Assembly: GCA_035462545.1 (NCBI GenBank)
Contig: DATHUE010000191.1
Span: 1-41,223, forward strand
Direction of reading: 5' to 3'
Origin: Solirubrobacterales bacterium
GTDB taxonomy: Bacteria; Actinomycetota; Thermoleophilia; Solirubrobacterales; 70-9
Length of the DNA stretch: 41,223 bases
Below are positions 1-9,179 of this stretch, one piece after another. A program made the translations under genes and the position numbers. Every line of letters starts with the position of its first letter. Position 1 is the first letter of the stretch. The notes beneath the pieces are model-generated. The model saw only the letters and a list, made by a program, of their open reading frames with translations. It made no database searches and was not told the DNA's origin.

Positions 1-228
1 CTGGTCGCGGACCGCGGCCGCCAGGTGGATGACGGTGTCGGCGCCGCGGACGGCGTGGCGCAGGCTGCGCGGGTCGGCGAGGTCGGCGAGCGAGAGCTGC
101 ACGCGGACCCGGTTCGGCCCCAGCCGGCGCGGCTCGCGGACCATGCAGCGGACCTCGTGGCCAGCGTCGAGCAGCTCGGGCAGCAGCGCCGAGCCAACTA
201 CCCCTGTGGCGCCCGTCAGCTGGATCAC
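1..228 (-). CDS. NAD(P)-binding Rossmann-fold protein (NmrA/atypical SDR-like), N-terminal fragment running off the left edge
   Basis: This ORF is absent from the supplied track because it has no stop in the window. Reverse-strand translation from GTG at 226-228 gives VIQLTGATGVVGSALLPELLDAGHEVRCMVREPRRLGPNRVRVQLSLADLADPRSLRHAVRGADTVIHLAAAVRDQ. That places a TGxxGxxG dinucleotide-binding loop at the extreme N-terminus. An AGGG SD-like motif lies just upstream. Confidence 0.6.
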   Translation of the reverse strand, partial: MIQLTGATGVVGSALLPELLDAGHEVRCMVREPRRLGPNRVRVQLSLADLADPRSLRHAVRGADTVIHLAAAVRDQ

Positions 229-374
229 GCGTCCAACCCTAGATGACCGAACCAGGGGCCCGCCGCCGTCGCTCGGAGGGGCCCGCGACGGCTGAGCGCC
301 GTACAATGACGCCCTCGCCTGGCTGTTCGGCCAGACGGCGGAGCTACGAACTCGACCTCGAAGGGATTTCCAAC

Positions 375-644
375 TTGACCTACGTGATCGCAGAGCCGTG
401 CATCGGGGAGAAGGACAACTCGTGCGTCGAGGTCTGCCCCGTCGACTGCATCCATCCGACTCCGGATGAGCCCGACTACGAGGCCCAGAAGCAGCTCTAC
501 ATCGATCCCGACGAGTGCATCGACTGCGACGCCTGCGTCGAGGCCTGCCCGGTCGACGCCTGCTTCGCCGAGGACCAGTTGCCGGCCGAGTGGGCCAAAT
601 TCACCGAGATCAACGCCAACTACTTCAAGAGCCAGGCCGCCTAG
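375..644 (+). CDS. fdxA: 7Fe-type ferredoxin (3Fe-4S/4Fe-4S), FdxA-like
   Basis: This is the in-frame part of ORF 243..644. The TTG at 375 is preceded by GAAGGGA. The product begins TYVIAEPCIGEKDNSCVEVCPVDCIH and continues IDPDECIDCDACVEACPVDA, which are the classic CxxxxxxC...CP and CxxCxxCxxxCP cluster motifs. The longer N-terminal extension is Arg-rich and looks non-coding. Confidence 0.9.
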   Translation: MTYVIAEPCIGEKDNSCVEVCPVDCIHPTPDEPDYEAQKQLYIDPDECIDCDACVEACPVDACFAEDQLPAEWAKFTEINANYFKSQAA

Positions 645-665
645 CGCTGGTTCGCAGCAGCTTCG

Positions 666-695
666 AAAGGGCCGCCTCCGGGCGGCCTTTTTCTT
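666..695. terminator. Hairpin plus T-run between convergent genes (candidate bidirectional intrinsic terminator)
   Basis: The sequence is AAAGGGCCGCC-tccg-GGCGGCCTTT followed by TTCTT. It lies between the ferredoxin stop (644) and the Mrp stop (712). Confidence 0.6.
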
Positions 696-711
696 GCTCT
701 GGCGCGGGTCG

Positions 712-1863
712 CTACTGAACGACCGGGAGCGGCGTGCCGCCGATCGCCGGAGCCTCGGCGGCAGCCGGCGTCGATTGCAGGACGGGCAGCTCCTGCGGGG
801 TTGCGGCGACGATGCCCCGCGCGGCCTGGCGGATCGCCTGCGACGCGGGGGCGTCGGGCTCCGCGATCACCAGCGGCGTGCCGTTGTCGGCATGCTCGCG
901 CAGCGGCTCGGAGAGCGGCACCTTGCCCAGTAACGGCACGTCGAGCTCGTCGGCCAGCAGCTGGCCGCCGCCCTCGCCGAAGATCGTGAAGCGCTCGCCG
1001 TCGGGAGTGGTGAAGCCGGACATGTTCTCGATCGCGCCGATGATCTCGAGGTCGAATTTGAGCGCCATCTCGGCGCCGCGGCGGGCGACCGACTGGGCCG
1101 CCGGCTGCGGCGTCGTCACGACCACGAACTTCGCCTGCGGCAGCAGCTGTGCCAGCGTCATCGAGACGTCGCCGGTCCCCGGCGGCAGGTCCAGCAGCAG
1201 GTACTCCAGCTCGCCCCAGGCGACGTCCTCGAGGAACTGCTGGATCGCCTTGTGCAGCATCGGGCCGCGCCAGACGACGGCCGAGTTCTCCTCGACGAAG
1301 AACCCGATCGACATCACCTTGACACCGCTGGCGCTGTCGAGCGGCAGGATCTTGCGCTCGCCGTTGACATCGGGTTTGCGGTTGACCCCGAGCATGCGCG
1401 GGATCGAGTAGCCGTAGACGTCGGCGTCGAGGGCGCCGGCCGAGTGGCCTTCGGCGGCCAGCGCCGCTGCCAGATTGGCGGTCATCGTCGACTTGCCGAC
1501 GCCCCCCTTGCCGGAAGAGACGCAGATCACGTTCTTCACCTGGGCCAGGGCGCCCTGCGGCAGCTTGCCGCGGCCGAGGGTCTTCTGCAGCGCGCCTTTC
1601 TCGTCGTCGGAGAGGACGTCGAAGCCAACCGCGACCGTGGTCACGCCGTCGAGCTCCTTCACCTGGGCGGCGACCGCCTGTTCGAAGTGGGAGCGGATCG
1701 GGCAGCCGGCGGTGGTCAGCGAGACGATCACCTCGACCCGGCCGTCGTCGTGGATCTCGATCGAGCGCACCATGCCCAGCTCGACGATCGAACGTCGCAG
1801 CTCGGGGTCGATTACGGCTCGCAGCTTCTCGGTGATCTGGTCCTTGGTCGGCATCGCGGCCAT
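712..1863 (-). CDS. apbC: Mrp/ApbC/NBP35-family Fe-S cluster carrier ATPase with N-terminal DUF59-like domain
   Basis: A deviant Walker A (CVSSGKGGVGKST) is present, along with DADVYGYSIP and LLLDLPPGTGD. The N-terminal segment IDPELRRSIVELGMV is DUF59-like. The start was chosen at ATG 1863 (MAAMPTKDQ); ATG 1854 is an alternative. The 438 aa track ORF has an implausible Arg/Cys-rich leader. Confidence 0.9.
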   Translation of the reverse strand: MAAMPTKDQITEKLRAVIDPELRRSIVELGMVRSIEIHDDGRVEVIVSLTTAGCPIRSHFEQAVAAQVKELDGVTTVAVGFDVLSDDEKGALQKTLGRGKLPQGALAQVKNVICVSSGKGGVGKSTMTANLAAALAAEGHSAGALDADVYGYSIPRMLGVNRKPDVNGERKILPLDSASGVKVMSIGFFVEENSAVVWRGPMLHKAIQQFLEDVAWGELEYLLLDLPPGTGDVSMTLAQLLPQAKFVVVTTPQPAAQSVARRGAEMALKFDLEIIGAIENMSGFTTPDGERFTIFGEGGGQLLADELDVPLLGKVPLSEPLREHADNGTPLVIAEPDAPASQAIRQAARGIVAATPQELPVLQSTPAAAEAPAIGGTPLPVVQ

Positions 1864-1988
1864 TCTCGCAGAGGCGGTGCGGCGGCAGCCCCCGCCCGCA
1901 AGTTGCGGCGATTCTCGCCTCCAAAGGGGGAGAGACTTCGGCGCCCGCCGCTTAGCGCTCGACAGGCAGCCGAGCGAGAGGGGACGGG

Positions 1989-4214
1989 ATGTCGGGCAAG
2001 TGGATCGTGCGGGGCAGGATCGTGGCAATGGGGATCGCGCTGGCGGCGGCGATGCTGCTGTTCGCCGCCCGCGAGGCGGGCGCCGGTTTCTACCCGGTCG
2101 CTCAGTGCGGTTGGAACGCTGCCGGGCTCGACGCCGACTGGTGGGACAGCACCGGCGGCGCCAAGTTCCGCCCCGACGCCTACTGCGGCGAGCCCGGCGC
2201 CCACGCCAAGAGCCTCACCCGCGACGGCCAGGGCACCGTCTCCGGCACCCGCTTCGCCCGCTGGCGCTGGAACGCGCCGCCCACGACCAACATCCGCCAC
2301 GTGCGCGGGGTCTGGTGGCAGGTCCTCCACGACGGGCTCGAGCAACGGCTCGGCGCGATCGACGCCGGCGGGACCTTCAGCCCGTTCCTCCTCGCGTCTA
2401 CCACCAACGTCTTCGGGCGCGAATTCGCCTTCACCTTCACGCCCTCGGTGCCGGCGATCGAGGACCGCCTGCTCTGCGCCCGGGGCGACAGCAAGTGGTG
2501 TTCGCTGGATCCCGGCTCGTGGTCCTCGCTGCGGAGCCTGACGCTGACTATCGACGACGGCGTCCCTCCGGGTGCGTGGATCACCGGCGGCGACCTCACC
2601 GACGGCGGTTGGCGTCGCGGCAACCAGTTCGTCTCCGTCGACGGCTACGACGCCGGCAGCGGCGTTCGTTTCGGCGAGACGACGCTCGACGGGGCCCGCG
2701 TCGGCCTCAGCGAGTACCCCTGCGAGCAGGCCCTGATCGAGGGCGAGTGGCGGGCGACCAGGATGCGCCCCTGCTTGACCAACGTCTCCGCGGTCCACTG
2801 GGTCGCCACCACCGGCTTCAGCGACGGCGCCCACACGCTCGGCCACTGCACCTCCGATTTCGCCGGCAACGCGGCCTGCGCCCCTTCCCGCACCGTCCTG
2901 ATCGACAACAACCCTCCGGCTCACCCGCACTCGGTGGCGCTGGTGGGAGGGGAGGGCTGGCGCCGGGTCAACGACTTCGACCTCGCCTGGCTCAACCCCG
3001 ACCAGGGCGCCGGCAGTCCGATCGGCGGTGCGACCTGGCGCCTGCTCGGGCCTGCCTACGACACCGGCGTGCGCTTCGCGCCCGGCCGCTGGCGCACGGC
3101 GATGCAGGATCTGTCTGTGCCGGCGGCCGGCGCCTACTCGCTGCAGCTCTGGCTGCGCGACGAGGCCGGCAACGAAGCGCCGGCCTCGGCGGTGACCGTG
3201 CCGCTGCGGCTCGACGACCTGCGTCCGACGGTCGCCTTCGCGTCCGATGAAGGCCCTGGCCTGCCCGAGCAGCTGCGCGCCACGGTCGAAGACGGTCATT
3301 CCGGCCCGGCCGCCGGCAGCATCCTCTACCGCCGTGCCGACTCGGAGCGTTGGTTGGAGCTGCCGACCAGGCTCGTCTCCGGTGGGGCCCCGAGCCGTGC
3401 CCAACTGGTGACGGCGATGCCGGAGCTCGCTCCCGGCACCTACCTATTCCGCGCCGACGCGGTCGATGCCGCCGGCAACGCCGCCTCGACCACCTTGCGC
3501 GCCGACGGCACGCAGATGGCCCTCCGCAAGGTGGCGCCGGCGGTGGTCCCCCGCGCCAGCACCCGGCTCTTCGCCCGCCTGCGCGGCAGTCGCGGGCGCG
3601 GCGACCGCCTCACGGCGCCCTTCGCGGCGGGGGCGGTGCTGAGCGGCCGCCTGACCAAGGCCGACGGCATCGGCATCCCCGAGCGCGAGGTGCGGCTGGT
3701 CTCGCGCTTCTCCCGCGGCTCGAGCGAACCGGCCACCTCGGTCGGAGCGCTCACCGGCACCGACGGCAGCTTTCGCTTCGAGCTGCCGCCCGGCCCTTCC
3801 CGGCGCCTCGACGTCTACTTCGCCGGTGACGCTCGCCTCGAGCCCGCCGGCCACTCGGCCTTCGAGCTGCGGGTGCGCTCGGGAATCGTTCTGCGGGCCG
3901 CTCCCCGAAAGCTGCGCACGGGCCAGGTGCTGAGGCTCAGCGGCCAGGTGCGCCGGCTCGGGACGCCGATGCCCCGCCGCGGCAAGGTGGTGGCGATTCA
4001 GTACCTGGAGGAGGCGACTCGTCGTTGGCGCCCGGTGCTGGTCACCCGCAGCGGGCATCGGGGGCGCTTTCGGGCCCGCTACCGCTTACGTTACGTGACC
4101 GGGCGCGCCCGGATCGTCCTCCGCGCCGTCGCCCTCGCCGAGGAGCGCTGGCCGTATGCGCCGGGCGCTTCGCGCTCGGTCGTCGTCCACGTGCGCGGCT
4201 CGCGCACCCGCTAG
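1989..4214 (+). CDS. Large secreted protein of unknown function (signal peptide, Cys-containing N-terminal region, Ig-like/carboxypeptidase-regulatory-like C-terminal modules)
   Basis: This is a 741 aa ORF with a good coding look. The N-terminus ([20 protein letters not shown]) is signal-peptide-like. Repeated beta-rich segments are present, for example [17 protein letters not shown] and [17 protein letters not shown]. The segment [21 protein letters not shown]...[12 protein letters not shown] resembles a CarboxypepD_reg-type fold. No catalytic motif was recognised. Confidence 0.7.
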   Translation: MSGKWIVRGRIVAMGIALAAAMLLFAAREAGAGFYPVAQCGWNAAGLDADWWDSTGGAKFRPDAYCGEPGAHAKSLTRDGQGTVSGTRFARWRWNAPPTTNIRHVRGVWWQVLHDGLEQRLGAIDAGGTFSPFLLASTTNVFGREFAFTFTPSVPAIEDRLLCARGDSKWCSLDPGSWSSLRSLTLTIDDGVPPGAWITGGDLTDGGWRRGNQFVSVDGYDAGSGVRFGETTLDGARVGLSEYPCEQALIEGEWRATRMRPCLTNVSAVHWVATTGFSDGAHTLGHCTSDFAGNAACAPSRTVLIDNNPPAHPHSVALVGGEGWRRVNDFDLAWLNPDQGAGSPIGGATWRLLGPAYDTGVRFAPGRWRTAMQDLSVPAAGAYSLQLWLRDEAGNEAPASAVTVPLRLDDLRPTVAFASDEGPGLPEQLRATVEDGHSGPAAGSILYRRADSERWLELPTRLVSGGAPSRAQLVTAMPELAPGTYLFRADAVDAAGNAASTTLRADGTQMALRKVAPAVVPRASTRLFARLRGSRGRGDRLTAPFAAGAVLSGRLTKADGIGIPEREVRLVSRFSRGSSEPATSVGALTGTDGSFRFELPPGPSRRLDVYFAGDARLEPAGHSAFELRVRSGIVLRAAPRKLRTGQVLRLSGQVRRLGTPMPRRGKVVAIQYLEEATRRWRPVLVTRSGHRGRFRARYRLRYVTGRARIVLRAVALAEERWPYAPGASRSVVVHVRGSRTR

Positions 4215-4227
4215 GGTCCACGATCAG

Positions 4228-4686
4228 ATGTCGCGAGCGACCCTCCACACCAGCGCCGGCGCGATCGTCCTCGAGCTGCACGACGAGGACGCGCCGAAGA
4301 CGGTCGAGAACTTCCGCAAGCTCGCCGCCGACGGCTTCTACGACACGCTCGTCTTCCACCGGGTGATCCCGGACTTCATGATCCAGGGCGGCTGCCCGGA
4401 GGGCACCGGTCGCGGCGGCCCCGGCTACACCTTCGAGGACGAGTTCAACGAGCACAAGATCAAGCGCGGGGCGCTGGCGATGGCCAACGCCGGGCCCAAC
4501 ACCAACGGCTAGCAGTGCTTCATCGTCACCACCGAGGCCGCGCCCTGGCTCGACGGCAAGCACACCGTCTTCGGCGAAGTCGTCGAGGGCATGGAGGCCG
4601 TCGACGCGATCGAGGGCACCCCGACCGACGCCTCGGACCAGCCGCTCGAGCCGCAGGGCATCGACCGGGTCGAGCTCTCCGAGTAG
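4228..4686 (+). pseudogene. ppiA: Cyclophilin-type peptidyl-prolyl cis-trans isomerase interrupted by one in-frame TAG (4510-4512)
   Basis: The first segment, 4228-4509, encodes [33 protein letters not shown]...[15 protein letters not shown]...[17 protein letters not shown] follows. The same frame then continues [34 protein letters not shown]... to the TAG at 4684-4686. The stop sits where the Ser of the conserved NTNGSQFFI motif belongs. Confidence 0.8.
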
Positions 4687-4687
4687 C

Positions 4688-5233
4688 TCAGCCCTCGCCG
4701 CTTCGGCCCTCGGTCGACTCACCCTCCAGCTGGCCTGCCCAGAAGTCGACCCAGACCCGCTCATGGACGATCCCGGCCCGTAGGGCGAGCAGCGGGCCCC
4801 CGGCCCCCTCCACACCGGCCAGGTTCCGCTCGATCTCCTCGTATTCCGCCGCCTTGGCGCGCCGGGCCGGCAGCTGTGCCGCTGCCATCTGCTGCGGGTC
4901 GGCACCGAAGAAGACCTTGAGGATGGCGAGGTCGCGCAGCTCCGTCATCTCCGCCGTCGGCTCCGCCAGCCACTCTCGCAGGGCCGCGCGCCCGGTGCCG
5001 GTGAGCTTGTAGTAGCGCCGTCGCCGGCCGCCCTCCTCGCGTCGCTCCTCGAGGTGGCCGCCGGCGGTCAGCCGCTCCGGCTCAGCGTATAGCTGGGCAT
5101 GGGGCAGTGACCAGAAGTTGCCGAGGCTGCGGGCGACGACCTGCTTGAGGTCGTAGGGAGTTGCCTCGCCGGCGGCCTCGATCAGGCCGAGGACGATGTA
5201 GGAGGTGGGGGTGAGGCGGGTCTCGTTCGACAT
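4688..5233 (-). CDS. PadR-family transcriptional regulator
   Basis: A PadR winged-helix N-terminus is present (TPTSYIVLGLIEAAGEATPYDLKQVV...WSLPHAQLYAEPERLTAGGHLE...RRRYYKLTGTGRAAL). A C-terminal dimerisation-type domain follows. Confidence 0.9.
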   Translation of the reverse strand: MSNETRLTPTSYIVLGLIEAAGEATPYDLKQVVARSLGNFWSLPHAQLYAEPERLTAGGHLEERREEGGRRRRYYKLTGTGRAALREWLAEPTAEMTELRDLAILKVFFGADPQQMAAAQLPARRAKAAEYEEIERNLAGVEGAGGPLLALRAGIVHERVWVDFWAGQLEGESTEGRSGEG

Positions 5234-5301
5234 CTGTCTCTGCCAGATGGTATTAAGTGCACCGTCCTAAACAGACGATCCGGGAGGACGCTGTGATAAC
5301 G

Positions 5302-6732
5302 ATGCTGGAGGCAGGCACAGTAGCCAGGCCCGGGTGCCTGGCGGGCTTCGCCTCCCTCGACAGGGAGATCGAGCTCGACCGTCTGCCGGTCGAGGGCCAG
5401 ATACCCGCGTGGCTGAGCGGGACGCTGCTGCGCAACGGCCCAGCCAAGTTCGAGGCGGGGGAGAGGGCGCTGCGGCACTGGTTCGACGGCCAGGCGATGC
5501 TGCACCGCTTCTCCTTCGACGGCGGCCGGGTCGCCTACGCCAACCGCTTCCTTCGCACCGAGGCCTATCGCGAGGTCGAGGCCGGGCGCATCTCCTACGG
5601 CGAGTTCGCCACCGACCCCTGCCGCTCGCTGTTCAAGCGGGCGGCGACGATGTTCCGGCCGCGGTTGACCGACAACTGCAACGTCAACCTGACGCGGCTC
5701 GGCGACGAGTTCGTGGCGATGACCGAGACGCCGCTGCCGGTCGCCTTCGACCCGGAGACCCTGGAGGCGCTCGGGGTCGCCTACGAGCCGCCGGGCCTGC
5801 ACGCCACCGCGCACCCCCACCATGACCCCGAGCGCGGCGAGCTGGTCGCCTACGCCACCCACTTCGGGCCCCGCTCGGAGTACCGAATCTATGCTCAGGC
5901 TGACCGCTCCCGGCAGCGGCCAATCGCCTCCCTGCCGGTCTCCGAGCCCTCCTACATGCACTCCTTCGCGCTGACCGAGCGCTACGCGGTCCTGGTCGCC
6001 TTCCCGCTCGTCGTCAGCCCGCTGCGGCTTGGGTTGAGCGGGCGGCCCTTCATCGAGAACTACCGCTGGAAGCCGGAGCTGGGGACCGAGATCCTCGTCT
6101 TCGAGCGCGAGGGCGGGGACCTGCGCGGCCGCTACGAGGCGGCGCCGTGCTTCAGCTTCCACCACGTCAACGCCTTCGAGCGCGGTGAGGAGCTGGTTCT
6201 CGACCTGATCGCCTACGACGACGCCGCCATCGTCCGGGCGCTCTACCTGGAGCGGCTGCGGACGGGGACCTCGCCGGAGTTGGCGGAGGGACGATTGCGG
6301 CGCTACCGGGTTGGGCTCTCGGGCGGCGCCGTCGTCGAGGAGGAGCTGAGCGAGGCGGCCCTGGAGCTGCCGCGGATCGACTACCGCGAGCGCAACGGCA
6401 GGCCGTATCGCTTCGTCTACGGCGCCGGCGTCCACCGCGGCGAGGATGGGGCTCCGGCCGACTTCCTCGACCAGCTGGTCAAGGTCGACGTCGGCGACGG
6501 GGCCGCGACGACCTGGTGGGAGCCCGGCTCCTACCCCGGCGAGCCGGTCTTCGTGCCCACGCCCCAGCCCGACCGCGCCGAGGACGACGGGGTGCTGCTC
6601 TCGGTCGTCCTCGACGGCCGCAGCGCCAGCTCTTACCTGCTCGTGCTCGACGCGGCGACGATGGATGAGGTGGGGCGCGCCAGGGTGCCCCATCACATCC
6701 CCTTCGGCTTCCACGGCCCGTACTTCGAGTGA
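5302..6732 (+). CDS. Carotenoid oxygenase family (carotenoid/apocarotenoid/stilbene cleavage dioxygenase, RPE65 superfamily)
   Basis: The product carries the family's His-containing blocks: HPHHDP, YMHSFALTERY, FSFHHVNAFE and HIPFGFHG. The start is uncertain. GTG 5257 and GTG 5293 are in frame. ATG 5302 was chosen, and GGGAGGA lies at 5282-5288. Confidence 0.88.
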   Translation: MLEAGTVARPGCLAGFASLDREIELDRLPVEGQIPAWLSGTLLRNGPAKFEAGERALRHWFDGQAMLHRFSFDGGRVAYANRFLRTEAYREVEAGRISYGEFATDPCRSLFKRAATMFRPRLTDNCNVNLTRLGDEFVAMTETPLPVAFDPETLEALGVAYEPPGLHATAHPHHDPERGELVAYATHFGPRSEYRIYAQADRSRQRPIASLPVSEPSYMHSFALTERYAVLVAFPLVVSPLRLGLSGRPFIENYRWKPELGTEILVFEREGGDLRGRYEAAPCFSFHHVNAFERGEELVLDLIAYDDAAIVRALYLERLRTGTSPELAEGRLRRYRVGLSGGAVVEEELSEAALELPRIDYRERNGRPYRFVYGAGVHRGEDGAPADFLDQLVKVDVGDGAATTWWEPGSYPGEPVFVPTPQPDRAEDDGVLLSVVLDGRSASSYLLVLDAATMDEVGRARVPHHIPFGFHGPYFE

Positions 6733-6749
6733 GCTTGCCAGGCGCCGAT

Positions 6750-6780
6750 CCCCGCGGCCGGGCTCTGTCCGGCCGCGGGG
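6750..6780. terminator. Perfect 12-bp-stem hairpin between convergent genes
   Basis: The sequence is CCCCGCGGCCGG-gctctgt-CCGGCCGCGGGG. It lies between the oxygenase stop (6732) and the K+ channel stop (6784). There is no clear U-run. Confidence 0.55.
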
Positions 6781-6783
6781 GTC

Positions 6784-7500
6784 TCAGCTCTCCTTGTGTC
6801 CGGCGCGGCGGCGGCGGATCCCCTCGCCGGGCCGCCAGAGGCTGACCAGGCCAGCGACCAGGGTGACGAGGAAGATCTGGCCGACCATCATCTCCAGCCC
6901 GGCCAGCATCTGTCCCGGCTGCTCCGCGGGGACGAGGTTGCCGTAGCCGGTCGTGGTCAGCGTCGTGTAGCTGAAGAAGACGAAGTCGCTGCTGTCGGGC
7001 TGGGCGGCGCCTTCGAAGAAAGGCCCGCTCTGGAGCCGGTCGACGGTGGCGTAGACGTAGGTGAAGAGGATGCCGAGGGTCGCGTAGAAGCTGAGCGCGC
7101 CGAGGATCGTGCGGAAGCCGATCTCGGCGCTGGTGACGACGCGGCGCAGGACGGCCAGCATCGCCGCCGCCAGCACGCAGATCTCGACCAGCGAGGCGAG
7201 GTTGAGCCAGAGATGGGCGTCGCTGAGGGCGGCGACGGCGGCGAGGACGACGCCGAGGGCGGAAAGCGCCAGGGCCGCCCGCACGGCGCCTGCCTTGGCA
7301 TGGGAGCTGACCAGCGCGACGACCGAGGTGGCGCCGGTCACCGCCGCCAGCAGCACCGCGTCCCAGCCCCGATCGTCGATCAGGGAGAGCAGGGCGTAGG
7401 TGGCGAGGACGAGCAGCAGGACCAAGCCGAAGGCGTCGCTGATCTGCTCCGCCCGCGTCGCCCAGCGAGAGCCCGTCCGGGTGCTGCTCTCCGCCCTCAT
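6784..7500 (-). CDS. Potassium channel family protein (pore-loop ion channel, no obvious cytoplasmic regulatory domain)
   Basis: The K+ selectivity filter is present in FSYTTLTTTGYGNLVP. Hydrophobic helices flank it, and several TM segments lie upstream. Confidence 0.85.
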   Translation of the reverse strand: MRAESSTRTGSRWATRAEQISDAFGLVLLLVLATYALLSLIDDRGWDAVLLAAVTGATSVVALVSSHAKAGAVRAALALSALGVVLAAVAALSDAHLWLNLASLVEICVLAAAMLAVLRRVVTSAEIGFRTILGALSFYATLGILFTYVYATVDRLQSGPFFEGAAQPDSSDFVFFSYTTLTTTGYGNLVPAEQPGQMLAGLEMMVGQIFLVTLVAGLVSLWRPGEGIRRRRAGHKES

Positions 7501-7574
7501 CTCAGAGCGTTCGTCCGCCAGTGCCGGTTTCCTCTACCGGTGGGTGGACATGGCTCGCTCCTAGACTCGGGGGC

Positions 7575-9044
7575 ATGCTTCGAAGGGCGATACCGATGTT
7601 GTGCTGGAGCGCTTGCGCAGTGCTCGCCCTCTCGGTCTGGGGCTGCGGGGCCTCCGACCCCCCCGAGTCGGACGCCCCTGCCTCGCTCTCGGTCAGCGGC
7701 CTCTACCCGGGCTTCGATCCCGCCGAGCACCGCTACGTCTCGCGCTGCGGCCGCGGCGAGCCGCCGGTGCGAGTCGTCGCCGCTGGCGAAACGCGGGTCG
7801 CGGTCGGCTCCGGGGAGCCGCGCACCGGCACGTTCGAGGCCGGCGCCGGCGTCGCCCCCGGCGCGGACTTCGAGATCGTCGCGCTCGGCGGCGAGGACCG
7901 CCAGGCCTACGAGGGGCGGTGCCTGCCGAGCGGCTTTCCCGGCTGGCGGTTCCAGCGGCTGCGCCCGACCGGACCCGGCCTGTTCGTCGTCGCCTTCCGG
8001 GTCTCCCCGGCGGCCCGGCCGTGGGTGATCGTCTTCGACCACGAGGGCGTCCCGCGCTGGTGGTTCAGTCCGAGCACCCGGGCGCTCTGGGCCCAGGTCC
8101 TCGGTGACGCCACGGTCTCCTGGGCGCGGTCGTTCGGCGACGGCTACGGCCTGGACCCGCGCATGGCCCACGAGATCCGCTCGCTCTCGGGGCGGTTGCT
8201 GCGGGAAGTGAGGACGAAGGGGGAGATCGTCGACGGGCACGAGTTCCGGGAACTCGACGACGGCAACGTCCTCGTCGACACCTACGCCCCGGGGACGAAG
8301 GTCGACCTGAGCCGCTTCGGCGGGCCGCCGAGCGCCTCCGCCGTGTTCGCCGAGGTCCAGGAAATCGATCCCGAGGGGCGGGTCGTATGGCGCTGGAACT
8401 CGCGGCAGCACATCGGCCTCGAGGAGACCGGGCGCTGGTGGCGCAACGTCCTCAGCAACGGCAAGCGCGCCGGCGGGGTCACCACCTTCGACCCCGTGCA
8501 CGTCAACTCGATCGAGCCGCGCGGGCGCGACGAAGTGGTGGTGTCGATGCGTCACACCGACGCGGTCTACGGGATCGAGCGCTCGACGGGGGACATTCGC
8601 TGGAAGCTGGGTGGCACCGAGACGGCCGACTCGTTGAAGATCCTCGGCGATCCCGCCGTGAAGCTGTTCGGCGGTCAGCACGACGCCCGGGTCGCCGAGG
8701 ACGGCAGCATCAGCATCTACGACAACGGCAAGGACCGGCCGCGCCGCCCCCGCGTCGTCTCCTACCGGCTCGATCTCGAGCGGGGCACGGCCACCTACCT
8801 CGGCCAGATGAACGACTCGCGGATCACCACCAGCCACTGCTGCGGCTCGGCCAGGCCCCTGGAACGGGGCGGCTGGCTGGTCAGCTGGGGAGACAATCCG
8901 CTCATCACCGGCTTTGACCGCAGGCAGCGGATCGCCTTCCGCCTCGAGCTGCCGGCCTCGACCTTCAGGGCCGTCCCGGTCCCCTTGGGGGCGACGTCGC
9001 CGGCGGCGCTCGATCGGGGGCTGGAGGCGATGGAGGTGCGCTGA
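7575..9044 (+). CDS. Arylsulfotransferase (ASST/Arylsulfotran_2)-like beta-propeller protein, probable lipoprotein or secreted
   Basis: The start MLRRAIPMLCWSACAVLALSVWGCG is a signal peptide with a lipobox-like Cys. Family-like blocks are FDPVHVNSIEP, VVVSMRHTDAVYGIERSTGDIRWKLGG and FGGQHDARVAEDGSISIYDNG. Confidence 0.65.
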   Translation: MLRRAIPMLCWSACAVLALSVWGCGASDPPESDAPASLSVSGLYPGFDPAEHRYVSRCGRGEPPVRVVAAGETRVAVGSGEPRTGTFEAGAGVAPGADFEIVALGGEDRQAYEGRCLPSGFPGWRFQRLRPTGPGLFVVAFRVSPAARPWVIVFDHEGVPRWWFSPSTRALWAQVLGDATVSWARSFGDGYGLDPRMAHEIRSLSGRLLREVRTKGEIVDGHEFRELDDGNVLVDTYAPGTKVDLSRFGGPPSASAVFAEVQEIDPEGRVVWRWNSRQHIGLEETGRWWRNVLSNGKRAGGVTTFDPVHVNSIEPRGRDEVVVSMRHTDAVYGIERSTGDIRWKLGGTETADSLKILGDPAVKLFGGQHDARVAEDGSISIYDNGKDRPRRPRVVSYRLDLERGTATYLGQMNDSRITTSHCCGSARPLERGGWLVSWGDNPLITGFDRRQRIAFRLELPASTFRAVPVPLGATSPAALDRGLEAMEVR

Positions 9045-9071
9045 CGTCTGGCCGCCGGGGCGCTGGGTGAG

Positions 9072-9158
9072 CGGAGGGGGTGGGATTCGAACCCACGAGC
9101 CCCTCGCGGGGCCACCGGTTTTCAAGACCGGCGCATTCAACCGCTCTGCCACCCCTCC
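9072..9158 (-). tRNA. tRNA-Ser (anticodon UGA)
   Basis: The reverse complement reads GGAGGGGTGGCAGAGCGGTTGAATGCGCCGGTCTTGAAAACCGGTGGCCCCGCGAGGGGCTCGTGGGTTCGAATCCCACCCCCTCCG. It has a 7-bp acceptor stem and a CCGGT/ACCGG anticodon stem with loop CTTGAAA. It also has a long variable arm and a GGTTCGAATCC T-loop. Confidence 0.92.
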
Positions 9159-9179
9159 TCGGGTTGATTGGATGGTGCC

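Noticed and set aside
302-307. TACAAT hexamer upstream of the ferredoxin gene as a -10 element
   Set aside because: It is plausible, but no matching -35 lies at 16-18 nt, and it sits ~68 nt from the chosen start. I cannot support a promoter call from sequence alone.
641-3404. Several overlapping 400-590 aa ORFs (641..1924 -, 1252..2541 +, 1475..3250 +, 1812..3404 -)
   Set aside because: All are Arg/Pro/Gly/Ala-rich with no motifs. They overlap the clearly real Mrp/ApbC and secreted-protein frames, so they are GC-driven stop-codon-poor alternative frames.
4515-5012. 165 aa plus-strand ORF starting right after the cyclophilin TAG
   Set aside because: It is in a different frame from the cyclophilin continuation, is Arg-rich and is antisense to the PadR gene. 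The genuine continuation of the cyclophilin is the frame starting at 4513.
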